From: Alphaproteobacteria bacterium
GTDB taxonomy: Bacteria; Pseudomonadota; Alphaproteobacteria; Bin95
Reading direction: 5' to 3'
DNA length: 64,000 nucleotides
NCBI GenBank assembly: GCA_030833925.1
Contig: JAURGE010000007.1
Location: forward strand, 8,048-72,047
The notes beneath the pieces were generated by a model, which did no database searches, was not told where the DNA came from, and was given only the letters and a program-made list of their open reading frames with translations. Of this stretch, positions 50,562 to 60,900 are shown in pieces. The position numbers were made by a program, and so were the translations under genes. The number at the start of each line of letters is the position of its first letter. The stretch's first letter is position 1.

Positions 50562-51230
50562 CTATTGATGCAAAATAGCAACACGGTCAATTGTCGGTTG
50601 CCTTAAACGGTTTTTTGTTGCTGCAAAGGCTATTGCATCAAGTTGAGCAAGACGTTTCGCTTCCTCGATCGCTTCGATGAACACATCACCTTCTGTGACA
50701 TGATCAAGATAACCAGCACTTACTGCTTCATCAGGGTTATATAATTTTGCCATTATCGTGGCTGCTTGAAGTTCTGAAGGACTTAAACGGTCGCGGGCAA
50801 ATTCAAGCCCTATTTGAGGAAGCGGCAAGCCAATCGCAGTTTCATTTAAGCCGATTTTGAAATCACCTCGCCTGCCAATCCTTAGATCTCCAGCCATAAG
50901 AAGGATTGCCCCAGCTGCTACAGCGTGACCAGTGCAAGCCCAAACAATAGGTTGAGGTGATAAATACAGCCGCTTCATCAACTCAGTCCCGAGAGCACGC
51001 ATCCGATCTCGCTCAGCATTATCGTCACCGCGAATTATTCGAAGATCATACCCCCCACACAAAACACCTGGCCTTCCAGTAAGAACAATCGCTTTTGCAT
51101 CGACCGCCGCGATATCCAAAGCAGCACCAATAGCATTAGACATAGCCGGAGACAGCGCATTAGCCTTGCCATCGTCCATATGAATAACGGCTATATCATC
51201 CCTAATTTCAAAGGTTACGATATCAGGCAT
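50562..51230 (-). CDS. Crotonase / enoyl-CoA isomerase family protein
   Basis: DDGKANAL, GYDL, GHAVAAGA, IGLNETAIG. Confidence 0.88.
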   Translation of the reverse strand: MPDIVTFEIRDDIAVIHMDDGKANALSPAMSNAIGAALDIAAVDAKAIVLTGRPGVLCGGYDLRIIRGDDNAERDRMRALGTELMKRLYLSPQPIVWACTGHAVAAGAILLMAGDLRIGRRGDFKIGLNETAIGLPLPQIGLEFARDRLSPSELQAATIMAKLYNPDEAVSAGYLDHVTEGDVFIEAIEEAKRLAQLDAIAFAATKNRLRQPTIDRVAILHQ

Positions 51231-51427
51231 TAATCCCCCCAATTTTGCTCATAAATTAACAATAATAAGACATCGTTCAAATTATCCTTTAACCAAGATA
51301 GCGAACCCAATTAGGAATCTAAATTTCAAAGAGGTGCCGATTTCTTCAAAATTGCGGTGTTATGCCCCTCTTTCGATCAATCAGCGGGTCTGATAGCTGA
51401 GCCTTCTCTAAGCGTGAGTTCTGTGTC

Positions 51428-52180
51428 CTGAACATCGATATTGAAACAGCTGCAGTCATCGCACTTGCATTCTTTCTGGGAAGCCTGGTTAAGGGCGTAG
51501 CGGGTATTGGATTGCCATTGGTGGCAATTCCAATCCTAACATTCGCTATGGATGTTCGAGATGCTACGCCCATGATTGTGGGCCCCGCTATCGTTACAAA
51601 CGTGTTTCAAATTATCGAAACCCGACGTGCACGCTTAAGATATATTGAAATTGCACCCATGATGGTTGGGCTTATCGTTGGAACTTTTTGTGGCGCTCTC
51701 ATTGCCGTCTCAGTTGATCCAAATGTGATGGTTGGAATTCTGGGATTTGTTATTCTGGCCTTCGTAGCTTTCAGTTTCTCTGGTTTTATGCCTTCGGTCC
51801 CACAAAACGGACGAGGCACAATGGGTCTCGCGGCTGGCACAGGCACTGGTTTAATCGGCGGAATGACTGGGGTATTTGGGCCAGTCTTAGCCATTTACAC
51901 CCTAGCATTGAAAATGCCGAAAGATGCGTTTGTCTGGGCAATGGGAGTACTGCTGCTTTTGGCATCTACTGGACTTGGCATTTCCTACGCCAGTCTAGGA
52001 GCCTTCCCACTATGGGTTTTAATAGCCTCATTCGGAGCAATGTTACCATCGTATGCAGGCATTGTTGCAGGGACACGATTGCGAAAGATCGTCTCTGAAC
52101 GGCTTTTCCGTAACGTTGTTCTTTGCATCCTCGGCATCATAGCCTTGAAGCACGTGGCCAGCTCTTTTGGAATTATTTAA
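51428..52180 (+). CDS. TauE/SafE-family membrane protein (probable CTG start)
   Basis: The frame upstream of the called TTG encodes AAVIALAFFLGSLVKGVAGIGLP; GGMTGVFGP; multiple TM helices. Confidence 0.8.
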   Translation: MNIDIETAAVIALAFFLGSLVKGVAGIGLPLVAIPILTFAMDVRDATPMIVGPAIVTNVFQIIETRRARLRYIEIAPMMVGLIVGTFCGALIAVSVDPNVMVGILGFVILAFVAFSFSGFMPSVPQNGRGTMGLAAGTGTGLIGGMTGVFGPVLAIYTLALKMPKDAFVWAMGVLLLLASTGLGISYASLGAFPLWVLIASFGAMLPSYAGIVAGTRLRKIVSERLFRNVVLCILGIIALKHVASSFGII

Positions 52181-52321
52181 AAAATATCCGTGACGGAAAC
52201 TTCACAAGATGCAATGATGATCGCAAGCGTTTTAATAAACGCTGGATTGTTTGAAATCTGTGCTCCGCTTCAGCTTCAAAAGAGGTGAGCGAGCGTGTGA
52301 AACTAAACCGGGAGGATATCC

Positions 52322-53488
52322 ATGAACCGCACTATCGCCGCTCTTGTAGCAGGCGTTTCGGTAGCAGCCTTTGCGAGCTCTGCCCTCGCAGATGGCCATG
52401 CACCTAAGCTACCCAAATCTAATGTTTGGACAGCATATGACCTTGGCTCGTCGGGTTACGCTGAGGCTGCTGGCGTAGCAAACGCATTTCAAAAGAAATA
52501 CAAAGCTCGTGTTCGTATTATCCCATCAGGCACTTCTATTGGTCGTCTTCTGCCTTTGACAACCGGTAAGGCGCAATATGGTTTCCTAGCAAATGAAGCC
52601 TACTTTGCTGCCGAAGGCACCTATGACTTTGCTGTTCCTGAGTGGGGTCCACAGGATCTCCGCATCATCACCGGTCGCCTCGCCAATGTCGGCATGGCAA
52701 CCGCCAAAGATGCAGGGATTAAGGAAATTTCCGACCTTAAAGGTAAGCGGGTTGGATATGTGAAAGGCAATCCTTCAGTCAACGTCAAAAATGATGCTTA
52801 CCTTGCGTTTGGTGGCCTTACACGGGACGATGTGCAAGTTGTCTGGTTTGGCAGCTATGGCGCTATGAAGACTGCTGTCATCGCTGGTCAGCTTGATGCA
52901 TTCGGTAGCGTGACCACCTCAGCAAACATGCGAGAAATCGAGGCAAGCCCACGCGGCCTCCATTGGCCTAACTTCTGGCCGGATAACAAGGAAGGCTGGA
53001 AAAAAGTTACTGACGTCGTCTCGTTTGCTGCTCCTGGCAAAGAAACAAAGGGCGCCGCTCTATCTGATGCAAACCCAGCATGGCTCGTTGGATATCGCTA
53101 TCCGATGATTACAACCTATGCTCGGACATCAGCCGACGATGCCTACAACATGATCAAGGCTCTTGATCAGGCGTTTGATGACTACTCAAAAACTACAGCT
53201 TCATCTTTCAACTGGGAGGTATCAAAGGCGGGGCGTCCACCTTATGACACTCCAGCTCATGACGGCGCTGTCCGTTACATGAAGGAAAAGGGCTACTGGC
53301 AGCCAGAAGATCAGGCTTGGCAAGACAAGCGCCTTGCTCGTCTGAATGCTGTTCTTGATGGCTGGGACAATGCACGTGCCGCTTTTGACGAAATGCGCGC
53401 TGAAAAAGCGAAGGAAAAGGTCAAAGTAGGCGATGACGCATGGGCAGCCTATTGGGAAGATTACATCGCTAAAAATCTGAAGCCGTAA
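52322..53488 (+). CDS. TAXI-family TRAP solute-binding protein
   Basis: Signal peptide SALA, DLKGKRVG, GQLDA, AHDGAVRYMKEKG; GGGAGG RBS. Confidence 0.85.
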   Translation: MNRTIAALVAGVSVAAFASSALADGHAPKLPKSNVWTAYDLGSSGYAEAAGVANAFQKKYKARVRIIPSGTSIGRLLPLTTGKAQYGFLANEAYFAAEGTYDFAVPEWGPQDLRIITGRLANVGMATAKDAGIKEISDLKGKRVGYVKGNPSVNVKNDAYLAFGGLTRDDVQVVWFGSYGAMKTAVIAGQLDAFGSVTTSANMREIEASPRGLHWPNFWPDNKEGWKKVTDVVSFAAPGKETKGAALSDANPAWLVGYRYPMITTYARTSADDAYNMIKALDQAFDDYSKTTASSFNWEVSKAGRPPYDTPAHDGAVRYMKEKGYWQPEDQAWQDKRLARLNAVLDGWDNARAAFDEMRAEKAKEKVKVGDDAWAAYWEDYIAKNLKP

Positions 53489-53512
53489 TCTTTAATTTAA
53501 GAATGCGTAAAG

Positions 53513-53543
53513 AAAGGGCCGTTCTTTAGGACGGCCCTTTTTT
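53513..53543 (+). terminator. Rho-independent terminator
   Basis: AAAGGGCCGTTC-TTTA-GGACGGCCCTTT followed by a T tract. Confidence 0.9.
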
Positions 53544-53562
53544 GCTTTCTTACGAGACTGAG

Positions 53563-53886
53563 ATGTCTGAGACAGTGCTTGTATACGTAACCGCTTCAAA
53601 TAGTGATGAAGCAAAGATGATTGCGGAAACTATTGTCTCCGAACGGCTTGCAGCCTGCGCAAATATACTGGGTGATGTTTCTTCGATCTTTTCCTGGAAT
53701 GGCAACATTCAAAATGAGCAAGAAACCGCGGTTTTTCTTAAAACAACAGTTACTCAAATACCTGCTCTATCAAAGCGCATATGTGAACTACACTCTTATG
53801 ACCAACCATGCGTGATTGCCCTTCCAATCATTGGAGGCAGTCGAGATTTTTTGGACTGGATCAAGTCCGAAACAACTAACAATTAA
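53563..53886 (+). CDS. cutA: CutA divalent-cation tolerance protein
   Basis: VYVTA, RLAACAN, W.G, HSYDQP. Confidence 0.92.
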   Translation: MSETVLVYVTASNSDEAKMIAETIVSERLAACANILGDVSSIFSWNGNIQNEQETAVFLKTTVTQIPALSKRICELHSYDQPCVIALPIIGGSRDFLDWIKSETTNN

Positions 53887-53953
53887 ATACTCTCGACCAG
53901 GGCAAGATAAAAAGCGTATTGTTCGCGTCACTTACTAGATAAGGCTCCAGATA

Positions 53954-55210
53954 ATGCGCGACTTTTTTCGCGGGCCAATGCCCTTCCTGTGCATAGGCCA
54001 TTCCTTCGACCATATGTTCATCTTATTGATCAATGTCGTTGTTCTGCAGGTCCAAAGTGAGTTCGGGCTGACGTTTGGCGAAGGAATAAAACTCGCGTGG
54101 CTAGGCCTTGTTCTCTTCGGGCTTGGCGCTCCATTGGCCGGTTGGTTGGCAGACAAATGGTCAGACATCTGGATGATCACGGTTTTCTTTATCGGCATTG
54201 GCCTTTCCACACTCGGCGCAGGGTTGGCCCAGACCTCAACTCAGATGTTTATCTGCCTATCCTTTATTGGCCTATTTGCATCAATATACCATCCAGTTGG
54301 TATCCCAATGGTAATGAGAGTGGCCGGATCCAAGTCTGGCCGGATGCTCGGCATAAATGGGGTTTTCGGCAGTTATGGCATGGCTATGGCCAGTGGCTTA
54401 GCTGCTTTAATGATATGGCTATTCAATTGGAGAATGGCCTATATCCTGCCCGGAGCAATTAGTGTCTGCCTAGGAATTTGGTTCGCAATTCGTTTCCGTG
54501 CTCAAGTATCTGAAACCAGAGCAGCCCGCCTGCTAATGAACCAATCCCAAACCAGAAAAGAAGGGTTGGGAGATATGGTTCGCGAGTTAGGCCTTAGCCG
54601 ATTTTTACAAATAATGGGCGCTCTATCTCTGATGACTTTAGGTGCCGGCCTAGTATTCCAGTGTATGACGATTGGACTTCCAAAGATCTTGGAAGCTCGC
54701 GTCGACTTTGTCACTAATCCAGAAAGCGCTGGCTTTGTTGCATCCTTAATTTTCTTTGTTGGTGCTCTCGCCCAGCTAGCGGGCGGTCTATTGGCAGACA
54801 AATTTCCTCTAAAATGGCTTTTTATATGCATATATGGGCTGATGACACCGGCTCTATTCCTGGCCGCCGTTAGTACAAACTATGTCATGATTGGGGCCAT
54901 CTGGCTGATAGTGATGATCACTGTCGGCAATCAGCCTGTATCCGACTTCCTTTTCTCACGATATGTACCCAAGCGATGGGTGAATACAGCTTTTGGATTT
55001 AGGTTTGCCCTCTCCTTAGGCACAGCAGTAGTGGCGGTACCACTTGTTGGTGAGGTTTTCGACCGGACCGGCGACTTCTACTACGCCTTCTTGGCGATGG
55101 CTGCTGCTGCAGCAATAGCAGTTTTATCAGCACTTATCCTCCCCAACAGAGGAATGCAAACGCCTGTTGCTTCAACTACGCCTGCAGCAGAACCAGCTAC
55201 AGCAGATTAA
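53954..55210 (+). CDS. MFS transporter
   Basis: GWLADKW, SIYHPVG, GGLLADKF; about 12 TM segments. Confidence 0.9.
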   Translation: MRDFFRGPMPFLCIGHSFDHMFILLINVVVLQVQSEFGLTFGEGIKLAWLGLVLFGLGAPLAGWLADKWSDIWMITVFFIGIGLSTLGAGLAQTSTQMFICLSFIGLFASIYHPVGIPMVMRVAGSKSGRMLGINGVFGSYGMAMASGLAALMIWLFNWRMAYILPGAISVCLGIWFAIRFRAQVSETRAARLLMNQSQTRKEGLGDMVRELGLSRFLQIMGALSLMTLGAGLVFQCMTIGLPKILEARVDFVTNPESAGFVASLIFFVGALAQLAGGLLADKFPLKWLFICIYGLMTPALFLAAVSTNYVMIGAIWLIVMITVGNQPVSDFLFSRYVPKRWVNTAFGFRFALSLGTAVVAVPLVGEVFDRTGDFYYAFLAMAAAAAIAVLSALILPNRGMQTPVASTTPAAEPATAD

Positions 55211-55746
55211 GACTTCGGCTCTAAATGACGAAGGCGAGGACGGCCATGTACATGGTCTGCCAAGGCTTCCACGGGCCCACCACTTCTAACAGGACGCTCA
55301 GCAAACCTGCCAAGCGAAATCATCCGGTCGTACATCACAATCGCCCCCGCTAAGCCGACATTCACGCAAAAACTTGTTGGGATCTTAACCACGTGGGAAC
55401 ACAGCCCCACCATCTCTGGTGAAAGGCTTGCACGTTCTGGGCCTAGCACGTAAGCGGCTCTTAGCGGATGACGAAAACTTGGCAACTCAATCGCATCATT
55501 GGTGAGCTCAATACCGATCAATTGGCAACCTTCCGGAAGGCGCATCGCGTCTAGATCTGCAAAATCATAGATGGGCAATGAATTCGTCGATCGGCTAGTA
55601 TCTGTCTTCCGCCCTATTCTGGTGGCGTAACGCGCGCCAACCGTAAATAGAAACTGCGCTCCAAAAGCATGCGCAGTTCGCATTAGAGCACCAAGGTTGC
55701 GGGCCTTGGAAATCCCTTCCGCGCCTATACCGAAATATCCCTTCAT
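55207..55746 (-). CDS. SpoU/TrmH-family RNA methyltransferase
   Basis: NLGALMRTAHAFG, LGPE, CVNVGLAG. Confidence 0.9.
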   Translation of the reverse strand: MKGYFGIGAEGISKARNLGALMRTAHAFGAQFLFTVGARYATRIGRKTDTSRSTNSLPIYDFADLDAMRLPEGCQLIGIELTNDAIELPSFRHPLRAAYVLGPERASLSPEMVGLCSHVVKIPTSFCVNVGLAGAIVMYDRMISLGRFAERPVRSGGPVEALADHVHGRPRLRHLEPKS

Positions 55747-55792
55747 TGGTCTATGCTTACATTTCTGAGCAAAAAACTGAAAGAGCTAACGT

Positions 55793-56824
55793 ATGCGTGC
55801 CTTATACTGTCGTGACTGGAGACCATTCGACGAACTCGAAATAGTGGATATTCCGGATCCTGAACCTCCAGCAAAAGGACTTCGCATTCGTGTAATGGCT
55901 GCGGGTGTAAGTTTTGCCCAAAGCTTAGTCGTACAGGGTAAGTATCAACGAAAACCCCCGTGTCCGTTTACCCCAGGATCGGAAGTCGCTGGTGTCGTTG
56001 AGGCTGTTGGACCTGAAGCCAGCCGCTTTAAAGTTGGCGACAAAGTTTTTGCTGTCATCGATTGGGGCGGTCTTGCCGAGAAAGCAACAGCTCTGGAAGT
56101 AAACACATACGCGATACCCGAGGGACTTGATTTCGCCAAAGCAATTTCAATTACCAATTCCTATGGAACTTCAGCTGCTGCTTTGATGTGGCCACACCTT
56201 TTAAACGTTCAATCTGGTCAAACACTTTTGGTTCATGGCGCAGCTGGCGGCGTAGGTATAGCGGCCGTCGAAATTGGGAAAATTTTAGGAGCAACAGTAA
56301 TTGCAACAGCAAGCTCACAGCAGAAACTCACAATTGCAAAGGCCCATGGAGCCGATCATACGATCAACTACAGTGATGGATCTTTCAAAGACGCCGTTAT
56401 GGATATTACCGGCGGCCGGGGCGTGAATGCTTGTTACGACCCTGTTGGGGGACAAATTTTTGACCAATCCTTGCGGTGCATGGCTGTTGAGGGAAGAATT
56501 ATGCCTGTTGGGTTTGCGGGAGGCGAAATTTCGAGCATTCCAGCCAACATCTTGCTTGTCAAAAATATTACAGTTACCGGCCTCAATATGGGCTATTACA
56601 TGGGCTGGAGCCCCTATGATGCACGCTACGAAAGTGAGGAGCGGGTTAGGCCAATAATGGAGAAGCTAGCCGAATGGACAGTTTCAGGCCAAATCCGTCC
56701 GGAACTTGCTGCAGCTTTCCTCATAGATGATTTTCGCGATGCCATGGCGATGGTGCTTGGACGCAAAGCAATTGGCCGTGTTGCAGTGGTATTTGGCGAC
56801 GAAGCGACCAGGCTTGGACTTTAA
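55793..56824 (+). CDS. NADPH:quinone oxidoreductase (MDR superfamily)
   Basis: GKYQ..P..PFTPGSE, HGAAGGVG, DPVGG, GFAGG. Confidence 0.9.
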   Translation: MRALYCRDWRPFDELEIVDIPDPEPPAKGLRIRVMAAGVSFAQSLVVQGKYQRKPPCPFTPGSEVAGVVEAVGPEASRFKVGDKVFAVIDWGGLAEKATALEVNTYAIPEGLDFAKAISITNSYGTSAAALMWPHLLNVQSGQTLLVHGAAGGVGIAAVEIGKILGATVIATASSQQKLTIAKAHGADHTINYSDGSFKDAVMDITGGRGVNACYDPVGGQIFDQSLRCMAVEGRIMPVGFAGGEISSIPANILLVKNITVTGLNMGYYMGWSPYDARYESEERVRPIMEKLAEWTVSGQIRPELAAAFLIDDFRDAMAMVLGRKAIGRVAVVFGDEATRLGL

Positions 56825-56872
56825 TAAGTTACTCATTAATTCGACGATAAATCTCAACAAAAGGTAGAAAAT

Positions 56873-57616
56873 ATGGATCGTTTTGATGGAAAAGTCGTAA
56901 TTGTAACCGGCGGGGGAAATGGGATCGGTGCTGCTATTGTTGAAAGACTAGCACGTGAGGGCGCTTCGGTAGTCATCGTTGATCGTGAAGAAGATGCAGC
57001 TCAAGAAATCGCCCAAAAAACAGCCGGCACAGCTTTAGGAGGAGATGTCTCAGATCCTCAGACTGCTCTAAATGCTGTCAAAACTGCCGTATCAAAATAT
57101 GGCAAACTTAATATCGTGATTTGCAATGCAGGAATAACCGACCGATCCCCCTTCCTTGAAATGACACCAGATTTTTTCGAAAGAGTAATTGGTATTAACC
57201 TCAAAGGATCATTCTACTTTTCGCAGGCAGCAGCCAAACAAATGGTCGCACAAGGTGAAGGTGGCCGCATAATTACAGTGGCATCGAATTCAGGACTGTT
57301 TGGTGGCAGGGGCCGTGCAGCTTACGGTGCAAGTAAGGCTGGCCTAATAAATTTAGTACAAACAATGGCTATTGAGCTCGCGGAGTACGGCATCAATGTT
57401 AACGCCGTAGTTCCGGGTCCAACAAAAACACGCGTAACTAAAACAGCCGATCTACCCCCAAGTGTACAAAGTCGTATGCCTTTGCAACGCTTTGGTAAAC
57501 CAGAGGAAATTGCATCTGTCGCTGCATTTCTAGCATCGGATGAAGCAAGCTTCGTTACAGGCCAGGCCTATGCGGCTGATGGAGGGTATACGACGGCCGG
57601 AATGATGGAAGGTTGA
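56873..57616 (+). CDS. Short-chain dehydrogenase/reductase
   Basis: TGGGNGIG, CNAG, YGASK. Confidence 0.92.
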   Translation: MDRFDGKVVIVTGGGNGIGAAIVERLAREGASVVIVDREEDAAQEIAQKTAGTALGGDVSDPQTALNAVKTAVSKYGKLNIVICNAGITDRSPFLEMTPDFFERVIGINLKGSFYFSQAAAKQMVAQGEGGRIITVASNSGLFGGRGRAAYGASKAGLINLVQTMAIELAEYGINVNAVVPGPTKTRVTKTADLPPSVQSRMPLQRFGKPEEIASVAAFLASDEASFVTGQAYAADGGYTTAGMMEG

Positions 57617-57690
57617 AACCTTTTAAATTGGTAATTTTGGTTGTCTAACGCTTGGCTAGCGCTGCATTTTCCGTTAAAGAAGCTGTCCCT

Positions 57691-57885
57691 TCGCGATCGG
57701 GAGCAGGAGCACAGAAGCCCCTGCCCGAGACTTGCGATCCAAAAGAGCACGTCGGCGCCGTCTACTGCGAGTGCTGCGCTAGATGGATTGCACGGGGAAG
57801 CCGCGGGTTTCACATAGTCCCGGCCTAGCAAATTAAGAGGGGCTACCCCTTGATTTCGCATGGCCGGGGTCTAGGGAATCCTAGA
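57691..57885 (+). ncRNA. Candidate structured 5' leader or small RNA upstream of gltB
   Basis: Four inverted-repeat stems visible in a GC-rich 304-bp intergenic region. Confidence 0.4.
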
Positions 57886-57920
57886 GGTTAACTTGAACTT
57901 TGATTTAAGGACTAAGGCCA

Positions 57921-60900
57921 ATGTCCAAAACGCCTGAAGCCCAGGGGCTTTATGACCCTAGGAATGAGCACGATGCCTGCGGTGTCGGCTTTGTGGCGGA
58001 TGTTAAGGGCCGAAAATCGCATCAAATCATTCAAGAAGGCTTGGAAATCCTCTTAAAGCTAGATCACCGGGGCGCTGTTGGCGCCGATCCGCTGGCTGGT
58101 GACGGAGCCGGTCTCCTCTCACAAATACCTGATGGTTTCTTTCGGAAACAAACCCTAGGCTTTGATCTGCCGCCATTGGGTTCTTACGCAGTTGGTCAAA
58201 TTTTCTTGCCGAAGAACCAGGAACATTCGGCACCATTAGAGAAATTGGTAGAAGCCTATTGTCGTGCAGAAGGCTTAACCGTGTTGGGCTGGCGCGATGT
58301 TCCAGTTGATGGGCATGGACTTGGTGTTTCGGTCATAAAGACAGAGCCAAAGACCAAACAAATTTTTGTGACTGCTGACTATGCCGGCAGTGACCAAGAT
58401 AGGTTTGAGCGGAAAGTCTTTGTCGCTCGCAAATCAGTGGCAAATAAAATTACTGGCGAGAAGATACCAGGCTTTGAAGATTTTTATATTTCATCCATGT
58501 CATCAAGAACCATTACCTATAAAGGTATGCTGTTAGCGGGACAGGTGGGTTCTTATTTCCTTGACCTCCAAGACCCAGACTTCACATCTGCTTTAGCTCT
58601 TGTCCACCAACGTTTTTCGACCAACACATTCCCGTCCTGGCGCCTCGCCCATCCCTACCGCATGGTCTGCCATAACGGTGAAATCAATACGCTCCGCGGC
58701 AACGTAAATTGGATGGCAGCGCGTAAGCACGCCATGACCTCTGACTTGTTGGGCGACGATTTAGAAAAATTGTGGCCAATAATTCCTGAAGGCCAGTCAG
58801 ATACAGCCTGCTTTGATAATGCTCTGGAATTGCTCGTAATGGGCGGCTACTCGTTAGCTCATGCTATGATGGTCTTAATTCCTGAAGCGTGGTCTGGAAA
58901 TCCATTAATGGATGAAAAGCGGCGAGCATTCTATGAATACTATGCCGCCGCAATGGAACCTTGGGATGGACCTGCAGCGGTCGCCTTCACTGATGGCCGC
59001 CAGATCGGGGCAACGCTTGACAGAAACGGGCTTCGTCCAGCCCGTTATCTCGTCACTACTGATGACAAAGTTGTAATGGCATCTGAAATTGGGGTGCTGG
59101 ATATTCCACCGGAGAAGATTGCTCGGCAGTGGCGTTTACAACCAGGTAAGATGTTCCTTATCGACTTAGATGAGGGACGCATAATTGATGATGCTGAGCT
59201 TAAAAAAGGCCTATCTGAAGCTCGAAACTACAAGGACCTTTTGTCGAAGACGCAGTTTAATCTTGGCGAGCTAGCAAAGGTTAAAGCGGCTGCGCCAACC
59301 TCGAATATCCCGCTCATTGATAGGCAACAGGCATTTGGATACTCCCAGGAAGACCTGAAATTTTTCTTGGAGCCAATGGCCGCTGAGGGCGATGATCCGA
59401 TTGGCTCGATGGGTAAAGATACTCCAATCTCAGTTCTCTCAGATAAGTCGAAGCTTCTCTACACATATTTCAAACAAAATTTTGCACAGGTAACGAACCC
59501 ACCTATCGATCCAATTCGTGAAGAGTTGGTGATGTCCTTGGTTTCGATGATTGGTCCGCGTCCAAACCTATTCAGTGTAGATGTCGGTGACGACCCGCAC
59601 TGGCGATTAGAAGTTAAACAGCCAATCTTAACTAACGAAGATCTTGAAAAAATCAGGCACGTTAAAGATTTGGTTGGTGATGCTTTCAGAACGGCAACAC
59701 TCGATGCTTGCTGGCCCGCTGAACAAGGTCTGTCTGGAATGAAAGCAGCAATCTCTCGCCTTCAACTTGAGGCAGAAAAAGCGGTTCGCGACGACCATCA
59801 GAACATACTCATTATATCCGACCGTTCGATGAGCGAGAGCAATATCCCAATACCAGCGCTTCTAGCCTGCTCGGCTGTGCATCACCATCTAATTCGCGAA
59901 GGCTTGCGCACTGAAACAGGTCTCGTCGTGGAGACTGGTGAAGCACGAGAAGTGCACCACATGTGCGTTCTAGCTGGATATGGTGCCGAAGCCATAAACC
60001 CCTATTTAGCCTTCGATACAATTCGTGATCGGTTAGACGAATTACCAGAAGGAATAAATGAAGAGAAAGCCTTCAAACAATACATTAAGGCTCTTAACAA
60101 AGGTATTCTAAAGGTAATGTCCAAAATGGGCATTTCTACCTATCAGTCCTACTGCGGTGCGCAGATCTTCGATGCAATTGGGCTCTCCACAGAATTCATA
60201 GATGAGTATTTCACTGGCACTGCAACGACGGTTGAAGGCATTTCTGTTGATGAAGTTGCCAGAGAAACCGTAGAACGCCATGCGCGAGCATTCAGCAATG
60301 ATCCTACTCTGGAGCGTATGCTTGAGGTGGGCGGTGAATATGCGTTCAGACTGCGTGGAGAACGCCATGCATGGAATCCAGCGAGTGTTCGCGCCCTGCA
60401 GCATGCAGTTCGCGGAAACCTGCCAAACGAATACAAAACATTCGCTGACTCGATTAACCAACAGTCGCGCAATCTTTTAACACTGCGCGGACTATTTGAT
60501 TTTAAATGGGCAAACTCACCTATATCGATCGATGAGGTTGAACCCGCTTCTGAAATAGTTAAGCGTTTCTCAACTGGTGCTATGTCTTTTGGTTCCATTA
60601 GCAGAGAAGCACACACCACTCTTGCCGTTGCAATGAACCGCATAGGCGGAAGATCAAATACTGGCGAAGGTGGTGAAGAAGCAGATCGCTTTAAGCCAAT
60701 GCCTAACGGCGACAGTATGCGCAGTCGAATTAAACAGGTTGCTAGCGGCCGCTTTGGTGTTACGACTGAATATTTGGTCAACGCCGATGATATTCAAATC
60801 AAGATGGCCCAAGGCGCAAAGCCTGGTGAAGGTGGGCAATTACCTGGCCATAAAGTGGATCGCAATATCGCTGCCGTTCGCCATTCCACTCCTGGTGTGG

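Noticed and set aside
57568-57861. 97-aa minus-strand ORF in the gltB leader
   Set aside because: It overlaps the SDR end and has no RBS or motif; RNA structure explains the region better
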